A stretch of 21,649 bases of DNA from Octopus sinensis (lineage: Eukaryota): NCBI RefSeq assembly GCF_006345805.1, contig NW_021823658.1, positions 1 through 21,649 on the forward strand, in the 5' to 3' direction. Both the position numbers and the translations under genes were made by a program. The stretch's first letter is position 1. Every line of letters begins with the position of its first letter. Under the pieces are notes generated by a model. The model saw only the letters and a program-made list of their open reading frames with translations, made no database searches and was not told where the DNA came from. Of this stretch, positions 10,690-20,948 are shown one piece after another.

Positions 10690-11760
10690 CCGATCGGTCA
10701 TTAAACAGCAACAACGACACCAATACAGCAATATTGATAATTATGTCGCAATAAAAGATTTACAACAGTTCTGTAATGACACACAGACAGAACGGGGAGA
10801 GGGGAGGGGGGAGGGGAGAGGAGAGAAGTCGGCGGGAGATTGTATATATAATATTGTTTCAGACAGTTTTAATGTTGCTTTAATATAAGAGTTATGGCGG
10901 CGGCGGCGGCGGCGGCGGTGGTGACGACGATGATGAAGACATGACGACGTCGACAACAACGATGATGATGATGACAACGATGATGATGATGATGATGGCA
11001 ACGATGATGATGATGATGATAACGATGATGAGGAGGAGGAGGAGGAGGAGGATCTTTCAAATAGTGAAGATGTTGCTGATATCAATAGCATCATCATTAT
11101 CATCATCATCACCACCAACCACTACCACCATCTTCATCTTCATCATCATCATCATCATTACTAAGACGATTAGGATTTGGATGGTTAGGGTTGGTGAGTG
11201 GGTAGTAGTGGTGGCAGTGGTGGTGGTGGTGGTGGTGGTGGTGGTGGTGGTGGTGGTGGTGGTGGTGGTGGGGTGGTGTTGGGCCAAATAGAAAAAAGAT
11301 AACTCTGATGACAAGGTATCACTAAAACTACAATAAATTCGTCTGACCGCTTCCGTCCCCCATCCCCGCCTCCATTCCCTCGTTCTCCGCCAACCAACTC
11401 CAGCATGACCATCACCACATCAATCACCACCTGCCTTACATCAAAAGCACCACCTCCACTGCCATCGCCCACACCATTCACCATCTGTATCGTCGCCATC
11501 GACACCAACACCGACGACATCGCTGCAGACAATAGCAATAATCATAGCAACAACAACAACAGCACTGGAGTTAGCGCCACCACCACTACCATAGCTACCA
11601 CCATCAACACCACCACCACCACGGCTACCACAATCATCATCACCACCATCATCACCACCATCATCGCTATCACCACCACCACCATCAACACCACCACCAT
11701 CGGTACCACTACCACCACCACCACCACGGCCACCACCACGGCCACCACCACTCCATACTA
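10385..11760. repeat. Compound trinucleotide repeat field: (GAC)n, (GAT)n, (GAG)n, (GGC)n, (CAT)n, (GGT)n, (CAC)n, (CAA)n
   Basis: Direct reading; explains the poly-amino-acid ORFs on both strands. Confidence 0.9.
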
Positions 11761-12372
11761 CTCCGTCAACATCAGTTTCCATCTTCCCTAATCACAACCA
11801 GTATTAACCCGTTAACAACGACGACAACGACAACTTCCCCCCGCCGCCAGCCTCCCTCCTCAATGCGACTCCATTCCACCCCCTCCAACCACTGCCTCCA
11901 CCACCACCACCACCCACCCACCAATGACTCGCCAATGACGTTTTCGGTAAATTTTTCTCACTTTTTTGTCCCAGGTTCTTTTTTTTATTCCATTTCGCCT
12001 ATTTTTTTGTAGTTCGAACGTGTATTCGTTCCGCTTGGTCGAGTAGATGTTTCGGTTGGCTGCCTTCAGGAACCCCCTTTTGCAGGCTGTGCGAGCGAGG
12101 GGAGAAACAGCCTGGAACCCGTATGCCAAGTGAAACGTGACTGTTGTCTACGGCAAGGGACAATAACATAACGCCCTTCCTCTCAACCAGATAAGGCGGC
12201 GGCGGCGGCGGTGGTGGTGGTCGTGGGGAGAGAGGGTAGAGATTTCCAGCTTTACGTACAATTCCGAGCTACGTAATGCTTAAAGGACATTAAAGCCAAA
12301 AAATAATAGGAGCAAAGAAAAGAAAAGGAAAAGCCAGGAACATGAAAAAGCAAAAACAACAGCAAAAAAACA

Positions 12373-12374
<2 letters not shown>

Positions 12375-12420
<46 letters not shown>

Positions 12421-12423
12421 TAA
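12375..12423. repeat. (AAT)n microsatellite
   Basis: Direct reading. Confidence 0.95.
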
Positions 12424-12790
12424 TGATGAGACGTCACTGGGTTTAGGGCGTGATGCTTTTATTAAGTTATGAGGGCAGATAAATAAATATGAAGGAAAAT
12501 GATGATTGCTTCTGTAGTATTTGAGTCCCGACAATTAGGGGGGGTCATCCCTTAGATGACACACAACTGAACGCACCGAGTTTGGTGTAGAGGGGAAAAA
12601 AGGGGGAAAAAACTGGGTTATCAGGAGTTTTTTATGAGATGATGTTGAATGGTTTGTAGGTTGCAATCAGATTCGTTCACTTTATTATCTCTCTCTCTCA
12701 TATGTGTGCGCGCGTGTGTGGTGTGTGTGTGTGTGTGTTTGTGTGTGTAAGATGTATCATATACGATTTTTATGAGGGAAAGATTGACAC

Positions 12791-12850
12791 TGACGTCCAA
12801 GCTGTTTCGGATTTCTTTCCTTCGTCAGAAGTTTCGACGAAAGACATCCG
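12791..12850 (-). ncRNA. Hammerhead-ribozyme-like core, probably degenerate
   Basis: Minus strand reads CUGACGA-A-GGA(AAGAAA)UCC-GAAAC-AGC. Conserved core and stem II are present; stems I and III do not close canonically. Confidence 0.35.
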
Positions 12851-13141
12851 ATAGAATACAGGATCTGTTCCAGAATATGTGACAGTCTGAAAAGAATCAC
12901 AGATATCGAAGCCAATCTGTTCGAATAAACCCTTCAAGGTCGCACTTCAATGACTGAAGCCAGTAAATGATTAAAGGTACTCGTGTATGTTCTTAGCTTA
13001 ATGCTTTGTACTTAATTTTGCTATTCCAAGTATGAAAGCACCCCCCGCTGCATTTCAGTGTGCGCATCGTTAACCAATGTTTTCGTTCTTTCAACAGGTG
13101 GAACCCTGGTGGTAGTTATTATAGGGGAGATAATATATGTA

Positions 13142-13545
13142 CAGGGGTTGGACAAAATAATGGAAACACCTAGCATCATAGCATCATAATTTTGAAATAT
13201 CTATAAAACCGTCAAATGCTTGTTTATTTTTATGTTTTGGGATTTATTATTAGTATTGCTTAATATGTTTTGCTAAAATTCCTCTTTCTTTTCAGATATC
13301 ATCAGAAAAAAGTAATTAGAATTCATTAAAATGACAGATCTATCGGACTTTCAAGGAGGTCAAATTGTTGGTGCTCGTACGGCAAGCGCTAGCGTAACGA
13401 AAACAGCCGAAATGTTTGGTGTATCAAGAAGTACTCTCTCGAAAGTAATGACAGCCCTTGAGAAAGAGGGAAAAAACCTCCTTGTCGAAACAAAACTCAG
13501 GAAGAAAGCCAAATCTTTCAGATAGGGAACCGGAGACTGCTTTAG
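13142..13545 (+). mobile_element. Tc1-family DNA transposon 5' fragment (left TIR plus N-terminal HTH of the transposase)
   Basis: TA at 13140-13141, then caggggttggacaaaataatggaaacacc (Tc1-type TIR). ATG at 13331: MTDLSDFQGGQIVGARTASASVTKTAEMFGVSRSTLSKVMTALEKEGK, frameshift, TSLSKQNSGRKPNLSDR. No DDE domain or right TIR seen. Confidence 0.88.
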
Positions 13546-14104
13546 CTGAAGAATAGACAAAAATTCTTTTGGAAACAATTCAAACTTTGCATGAGTCCAT
13601 ACCTCGTAGAAATGAAGTCACCCTAAAGAGACATCTGTTCGCCATTGGATTATGGAGATGAACGCTTGTACAGCACCAGAACCACTCTCTGGGTCTCCGT
13701 GATAAGTACCATAGGGACAGGCCAAGGGAATATATGACCAGTAACCAGGTGAAACCGCTGCTTTTACATCAGAATATCCCTCTCCTAGGAGGATGCTGTG
13801 ATAACATGCTCGGAGTCCCTCACTCCCGCTGATTTACTGTGCGCCCTGACACCAACTAAGGGTATTTTTGCATCCCCGCACTCAGGTGGTTAACCCATAC
13901 TTGGGACCCAAACAGGTGTTACTGTTCTGGATCAGATTAGAACTTGGTACGATAGGGGCTAAGAGATGGTTTCACGCTTCCCAAAATCTTGGACTTCCGA
14001 ACCAGAGCCCCTCTACCGGATGCACTTTAAAATCGTATCCAAGACATACATATGTATGCTTGTTTGTATGTATACATGTATGGATGTATATGTGTGTAGA
14101 TACA

Positions 14105-14116
14105 AACATACATACA

Positions 14117-14149
<33 letters not shown>

Positions 14150-14444
14150 GTGTGTGTGTGTGTGTGTATACATACATATGTGTATGTGTTTGTTAAATAA
14201 AATGAGACAACAAAGCCAACGTATATATACGTATATATATATATATACGTACTTATACATATACTTACATATATATATACATATATATATATATGCAAGA
14301 AAACATATATAACGGCATGTTACACACAAAGACACATACACCACACAATACATACATACTACATACATACATGCAGACATGCATACATACATACATACAT
14401 AACATAATACATACATATTACATACATGCATACAGACATACATA

Positions 14445-14475
<31 letters not shown>

Positions 14476-14565
14476 CATGCATACATACATACATGCATAC
14501 ATACATACATACATACATACATACATGCATACATACATACATACATGCATACATACATACATACA

Positions 14566-14598
<33 letters not shown>

Positions 14599-14650
14599 GC
14601 ATACATACATACATACATGCACGCATACATACATACATACATACATACGA
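14105..14650. repeat. (ATAC)n/(TA)n/(TG)n compound microsatellite field
   Basis: Direct reading. Confidence 0.9.
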
Positions 14651-14749
14651 ATGTAATGCAATATATTTGAAACGATACGCAATATAATTAAAAATGAATA
14701 CACCACAACAATGCAAGTCGAAAACATAAATTCAGTTGCATACATTTAT

Positions 14750-14793
14750 ACACACACACACATACATACATTCTGCATATATACATATATACT

Positions 14794-14848
<55 letters not shown>

Positions 14849-14956
14849 CATACATAACATCACCATATATCCGTTTCTTTGGTTTTCCTGTCTAGACAGA
14901 TTTTGATACAATCATATTTGTTTATTTAACTTAAATAATTAAATTGCACACACACA

Positions 14957-15011
<55 letters not shown>

Positions 15012-15186
15012 ATATATATAATATATATATATTATATATATATACATACATATATAATATATATACATAAATAATACATACATACATACATAAACACACA
15101 CACACAACAAACGCACACACACATACATACATACATACATACATACATACATACATACATACATACATACATACATACATACATAC
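14750..15186. repeat. (CA)n/(TA)n/(ATAC)n microsatellites
   Basis: Direct reading, with a short unique gap at about 14860-14945. Confidence 0.85.
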
Positions 15187-15789
15187 GCAAATTCTTCCAC
15201 TTCTAGAATTTCTCTTCGCCGTGTTCTTTCTCTAATTAAAGCAAATTCTAAATCAGTTTGATATTTCAGATTTGTTCCAAATCAACCTTTTGTCCTTCAC
15301 CAAACTCGAGTCCGTTTCTTCAGCTCCAACTTTCTTCTGGAATGTCTTCTCACACTTTGGATATATGGTTCTTGAATCATCAGACAAAAAAGTAAGAGAC
15401 CAAACTTTCCTTTGTAATCACTGATGAATTCGTTATTTTTACCAAATAATCCAGAGAAATGATGTTGAGGATTTTTTGTTAGTCTCACACATTTGTGGAT
15501 TTTGATGTTTGAAGAACGATCGAGTTTGGCAGTTTGCTGTGATCAAGGCTCGATCTCTGCATTCAAATCTGGTCTTCAACAATTATTGTATCTCACTCAA
15601 ATTGATTTGTGATCGAGATAATTTCCTTCACGTAAATCGACCAGAAAGTGCTTGTTTACGACTCCGAGCTGATGTGTGTGTGTGTGTACGTGTGTGTGTG
15701 TGTGTGCAGACAAGGTATATTACTGCGTGTACAGAAATAAATATGTATATATGTTTGTTTACGACTCCGAACTGATGTGTGTGTGTGTG

Positions 15790-15906
15790 TGTGTTTGTGT
15801 CTCTGTGACCCACCACCGCTTCACAACCCGTGTTGGTGTGTTTACGCACCCATAACATAGCTGTTCGGCGACAGACACCGATAGAATAAGTACCAGACTT
15901 TAAAAA
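15790..15906 (+). mobile_element. 3' portion of family-B SINE
   Basis: ccaccaccgcttcacaacccgtgttggtgtgtttacg..ccataac..agc.gttcggc....agaccgatagaataagtaccag is the reverse complement of 20710-20790. Confidence 0.75.
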
Positions 15907-16085
15907 AGGACAACCCACCACAAATGTTTTCCATCCATGACCATCATGCTATTTTAGACATAGTTGATCTCAGATTATAACATCCAATATGTCGTTTATA
16001 GGCGGTGTAGTTTGACTGCTATGTTTAGCAATCCAGAAGGACACATTGAGTCCGGCTTTCTTTAAAAGTGGTTGGTCGAGGACAA

Positions 16086-16215
16086 GATGACGTCATCGGG
16101 TGAACGAGATCGGTGTGTTTAATAGAGCGTAACGAGCACCTGGGGGAAGGGAGAAGGGGGGAGGTCTCTATTGGCCTCAGCCCCTCTCCATGGTGACGAC
16201 GTAATGTGACGTCAC
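16086..16215. promoter_or_regulatory. Putative CREB/ATF-responsive module: two perfect CRE palindromes, a half site and a CCAAT box
   Basis: GATGACGTCATC 16086-16097; ATTGG 16170-16174; TGACGACGTAAT 16194-16205; GTGACGTCAC 16206-16215. Confidence 0.45.
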
Positions 16216-16689
16216 TTGGTTGTGTTGTGTGGTGCAGGGACACAAATAGAGGAGACAATACACGGATAGGAGTTAGTTCAATGTGTTTAGGGGTCATAAG
16301 GTCACGGTCAAATCAATAGCTGGGAAGTGGCGGTTGTGGCGGGGTGGAGGTGCAGTGGGTTGAGTGGGGAATGGGAGAAGGAGGCGGGTGGCGGAGGGTA
16401 TTTCTAAAGGCTTATTCAAGTTGTAAATAAAATACCTGCTTTTATTTCGGGACAAGAAAGTAAATTGAACGAAGATAAACATAAATCGAAAAAAAGCATC
16501 GGGAGAAGAAGGAGAGGAAGAAGAAGGAGAGGAAGAAGAAGGAGAGGGGAGTAGAGAAGAGAAAGAGGGAGAAGGGAGAAGGAAGGAAAGAAGAAGGGGA
16601 TTAGTTTGTATGAGAATGAAAAAGGAAAGACAAAAGGGGTTTAAAATCTGGACGGCCAAGATACAAAGAAATTCTGAGATTGGTCTCTT

Positions 16690-16693
16690 CCCC

Positions 16694-16728
<35 letters not shown>

Positions 16729-16760
16729 CATGCACTCACACACACACACACATACATAGA

Positions 16761-16792
<32 letters not shown>

Positions 16793-17047
16793 CATACACA
16801 CAAACACACAAAAATACATACATACACACACACACACAATACATGCATACATATATACACACATATACACACGCAAACGCACACACACACACACACATAC
16901 ATACATACATACATACATACATACATACATACATACATACATACATACATACATACATACACACACACATACATACATACGTACATACACACATACATAC
17001 ATACATACATACATACATACATACATACATACATACATACATACATA
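16690..17047. repeat. (CT)n, (CA)n and (ATAC)n compound microsatellite
   Basis: Direct reading. Confidence 0.92.
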
Positions 17048-17252
17048 GGATCGAGGTGTAGGAAAAAAGTTAGCTTCGAGTAATCCGTAGTAAATATAAA
17101 AAAACAACTTTTCGGGGCCAGTAGTGGTTTATTGAGACGGAAGGTTGCGGACCATTTTTCTTTATCGGAGAACGATGAGCTGAAAAAAGTTCTTTTTATA
17201 TTCCCCGGTAGGTGACGAGGGTTGAAGAGTTTGCGAAAAAGAATACAAGAGT

Positions 17253-17573
17253 TATGGAATGGAATATGGGAAATCCGGACTACGTATGTTCGATAGCGAG
17301 TGGAACCTCAGAAGTGGTAAAAATCCGAGTGAGGATTCGATTAAAGGCTATATTGTCACATGGAGATACATGTTAACTCAAAGAGGATTCGGTCAGAATA
17401 TCGTCTTTGTGTTAACATGTACCTCTTTGCAACAATGTAGCCTTTAATCGAATCAAAATATCCTTGGCCTGAAGAGAAGCCGGCAGGATACACCTCGCTT
17501 GGATATTTACCACTTCAGAGGTTCCACTCGCTATGAAACATATTTAGCCTGGATTTCCCATACTCCATTCCGT
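17253..17573. repeat. Long imperfect inverted repeat (fold-back hairpin)
   Basis: 17253-17333 pairs with 17494-17573, and 17334-17390 pairs with 17396-17454. Loop of about 5 nt; 39-nt insert 17455-17493 on the right arm; 20 substitutions and one 1-nt indel between arms. Confidence 0.95.
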
Positions 17574-18595
17574 ATACATATCAGTCTCGCTATGCCCTGT
17601 AAAAGAACTGGGAAGGTTGGACCTCCAGCCAGGCCTTTCACGATAATCTTCGTGCTGGAAACTTTCTAACACCCCCGTCGTGTGTAGATAGCTTAAAATC
17701 TATTTGTTGATGTGCAACATCGCCGCACAAATGGAACAAAATTAATCTCAGAATTAGAAGCAGATTTAATTACCTAAACATTTGCAAGGTCACACGCTCT
17801 GTGTATGTTTTTTTAAGGCGCTTATTGGCGGAAAGTAATACATGTTTGGGGTTTTAATGATTAAAACAACTGGGTTTTTTTTAATGAAATTTGTGGTGTA
17901 TATATGGATGTATATACGTATCTATGTAGGTATATAGGTTATATAGATATGTTTATATGTATGTACAAATGAATGTACGTATGTGTAGGTATGTATGAAT
18001 GAATATATATATATATGTACGTATGCATGTAAGTATGAATGTATGTATGTATTTACATACGTACGCATGTATGTATGTGCACATGCATGGATGTATGTAT
18101 GTGTGTAGGTAGGTAGGTAGGTAGGTAGGGGGTAGGTAGGTGGGTACCTACGTATGCATGTATGTATGCTTTCGTAGATGTATGTATGTTTCCATGTCGT
18201 GAGTTTTACGAAGCCATGGAAGAGATGGAGTTTTAGAGGAGAAAATGAGTTTAGTGAGAGAGAGAGAGAGAGAGAGACATGAGTGTGAGGGAGAGGGAGA
18301 AGATAGAAATAGAGAGAGAGAGAGAGAGGGAGGACGTAGAGATGGAGAGAGGGCGAGAGAAAGTGGGGGAAAAGATGCGTGTTTAGAAAGAATTACCTTG
18401 ACTGTCAAGTCAGGTGTGGACTGCATTTATTAATTAACACAAAAGGAAGGTGTGAAACAGTGAGTCACTGCGTATTGTAGTGAAGGTGGCAGTGGTGGGG
18501 GGGGGGGAGTATTTTCTCAATATTCTTTCAAGGTATATTTATATGTACATCACACACACATAAGGTTGTGTGTGGGGCGGTGTTTCTGTTTGTGT

Positions 18596-18785
18596 AGGCG
18601 TGTGGCTTAGGGTGTTGCACTCAGGATCCTATGATTGTGGTTTCGATTCCTGGACCGGGCGACGCGTTGTGTTCTTGAGCAAAACACTTCACGTTGCTCC
18701 AGTCCACTCAGCTGACAAAAATGAGAAACTAGGCGACGGACCGATGTCCCTTCTGGGGCATTGAGGAATATATACGCTACAGAAT
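18596..18785 (+). mobile_element. tRNA-derived SINE (family D) with CORE-like centre
   Basis: gtggcttag (shortened A box), ggtttcgattcc (B box), gtgttcttgagcaaaacactt (CORE-like), ccagtccactcagctg, gcgacggaccgatgtccc. Confidence 0.7.
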
Positions 18786-18815
18786 CCTGGAACCATGTGG
18801 TTGGGAAGCAAGCTT
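18786..18815 (-). mobile_element. 30-nt family-B SINE head fragment
   Basis: ggaaccatgtggttgggaagcaagctt is nearly identical to 4812-4839. Confidence 0.7.
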
Positions 18816-18840
18816 ATATATATATATATCACAAATATAT

Positions 18841-18875
<35 letters not shown>

Positions 18876-18952
18876 CACAAATATATATATATATATAATA
18901 AATATATATAATATATATATATATATCACAAATATATAATATATATATATCA

Positions 18953-18988
<36 letters not shown>

Positions 18989-19026
18989 CACAATATATAT
19001 ATTATATATATATATATATATCACAA

Positions 19027-19057
<31 letters not shown>

Positions 19058-19094
19058 ATATATATATATCACAAATATATATTATATATATCAC

Positions 19095-19128
<34 letters not shown>

Positions 19129-19170
19129 ATATATATATCACAAATATATATATATATATATATATATATC

Positions 19171-19204
<34 letters not shown>

Positions 19205-19206
19205 AA

Positions 19207-19237
<31 letters not shown>

Positions 19238-19282
19238 CACAAATATATATATATATATATATATATATCACAAATATATATA

Positions 19283-19316
<34 letters not shown>

Positions 19317-19347
19317 CTTATATATATCTATATATATAATATATATC

Positions 19348-19387
<40 letters not shown>

Positions 19388-19417
19388 ATGTATGTATGTA
19401 TGTATGTATATGTACAT

Positions 19418-19451
<34 letters not shown>

Positions 19452-19452
19452 A
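18816..19452. repeat. (TA)n array punctuated by TCACAA(A) (higher-order minisatellite)
   Basis: About 14 TCACAA(A)-like punctuations between 18829 and 19351. Confidence 0.9.
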
Positions 19453-19963
19453 CGCGTCCACATACAAACACATGCACTCGCGTGCGCATAGACTTCAATC
19501 TATCGTAACTTCAACGCAAACAAGGCTGTTTCTGTAAGAAAGGAAATAGAAAAGAATAAGATAAAAGTGAGTTGAAGTTTGTATGGGAAAGAAAAATGGT
19601 AAACTGTAACAGCAATGTGTATGGCTGGAAGAATAGAAGAGGGTTACTACAAACATATTGTGGTAGAAAGAGTATAAAATGAACGGTGATAAAGTGGGGG
19701 ATACGTCTTAAAGAAAATAACTGAACAGGAAATAGGCAGAAGCAGATCTAATAACGGAACAGTGGTTCAAGAATGTCACCATTTACCTCTGAGATTTGTT
19801 AACAATTCCACCATTGTCGGGAGAACAGGAGGAATAGATTAGATCTACATGAATGTTTGTCAACTGCCTTTCCTCCTGTTATTGTTGAAAGAATAGAGAA
19901 ACCACCCAAACTGAAAGTTAACGCTTAGCAACCTGATAGAAAATATCTCTTACAAGAAAGATA

Positions 19964-20173
19964 TTGGCTTCAAATTTTAGCACAGGGCCGGCAATTATGG
20001 GGCGGGGAGGGGGTAGTCGGTTATATCGACCTCCAGCATTCAGCTGGTACTTATTTTCTCGACTACGAAAGAAGGAAAGACAAAATCGACCCCGTCGGCA
20101 GTTGAACTCGGATGGGATAGTCGGAAGGAATATCGCTAAGAATCTTTTGCGGCGCGGTAACGATTCTGCCACC
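19964..20173 (-). mobile_element. Diverged family-A SINE with tail 2
   Basis: ttggcttcaaattttagcacagggccggcaat (tail), ctggtacttatttt.tcgac...aaag (core), ggtaacgattctgcca (head). Confidence 0.75.
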
Positions 20174-20600
20174 AACAATATCAAAATTGAGTAAATTGGC
20201 GGCACATAGGAGGAGCATGTAGATGTTCAGGGGAGCGACTAATCTACAAAATTATACAAGAAGGAACTTTAAAGAATCGTTGGAACTCGTCGATTGGTCT
20301 AAATATGGAATGTGCATTTTGGACGAGAAGACGAGGAAAACTGATGTCCTGTTTCCCGAATCTTAACATGAACGGCTTAACAAAGCAACCTCTAGATTCG
20401 GGTTCAGAACAACCTTTATCTTAACAGAAAGTATGATAGACCCTTTAATAAGGGGAGGACAAGAAATGAATATCTAAAGAGAGGAAAGAAAATATGATTA
20501 TCAAAACTCTCAGTTATCCATTACATCACATTTCTGGGTTTATTCTGAGGTCATCAGTTCTTATTGGGAATTGATCAGAAACTTATCAATGTTCATCTTT

Positions 20601-20948
20601 TATCTCTTATCATTTACTTGTTGCAATCATTAGACTGCGCCCATGCTGGGACACCGACTTGAAGAATTTTAAGTCCAATGTATCAACCGCAGGGCTTATA
20701 TTTTAAAACCTGGTACTTGTTCTATAGGTCTCTTTTGCGAACCTCTAAATTATGGGGACATAAATACATCAACACCGGTTGTCAAGCACAGTGGGGACAA
20801 AGATACACACAAAGCCACGCACTTATATATATACGACGGGCTTCCTTCAGTTTCCGCCTACCAAATCCACTCAGAAGGCTTTGGTCCGTCCGAGGCTATA
20901 GTAGAAGACACTTGCCCAAGGTGCCACGCAGTGGGACTGAACCCGGAG
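20601..20948 (-). mobile_element. Family-B CORE-type SINE, near full length, lacking the extreme 5' head
   Basis: gacgggcttccttcagtttccgcctaccaaatccactcagaaggctttggtccgtccgaggctatagtagaagacacttgcccaaggtgccacgcagtgggactgaacccgg plus a long tail. Confidence 0.85.

Noticed and set aside
12012-12125. Candidate exon after tttttttgtag, and ORF 11860-12129(-)
   Set aside because: Weak donor site; no recognisable peptide in any frame.
13080-13097. Strong-looking splice acceptor ttttcgttctttcaacag
   Set aside because: Followed within 45 bp by a Tc1 TIR; no coding exon.
15270-15391. 122-nt candidate plus-strand exon (tttcag|...aaaa|gtaaga)
   Set aside because: Two frames are open but neither peptide is recognisable, and there are no partner exons; needs RNA-seq.
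126-17107. Many 60-250 aa ORFs of MYVC/HTYI/ERER/poly-D,T,V,H type
   Set aside because: Translations of stop-free microsatellites, often open on both strands; no domain content.
17469-17476. CUGAAGAG in the hairpin side arm as a hammerhead core
   Set aside because: No stem II followed by GAAA at the required spacing on either strand.
19500-20600. Possible decayed LINE ORF fragments flanking the 19964 SINE
   Set aside because: No diagnostic endonuclease or RT motif could be read.
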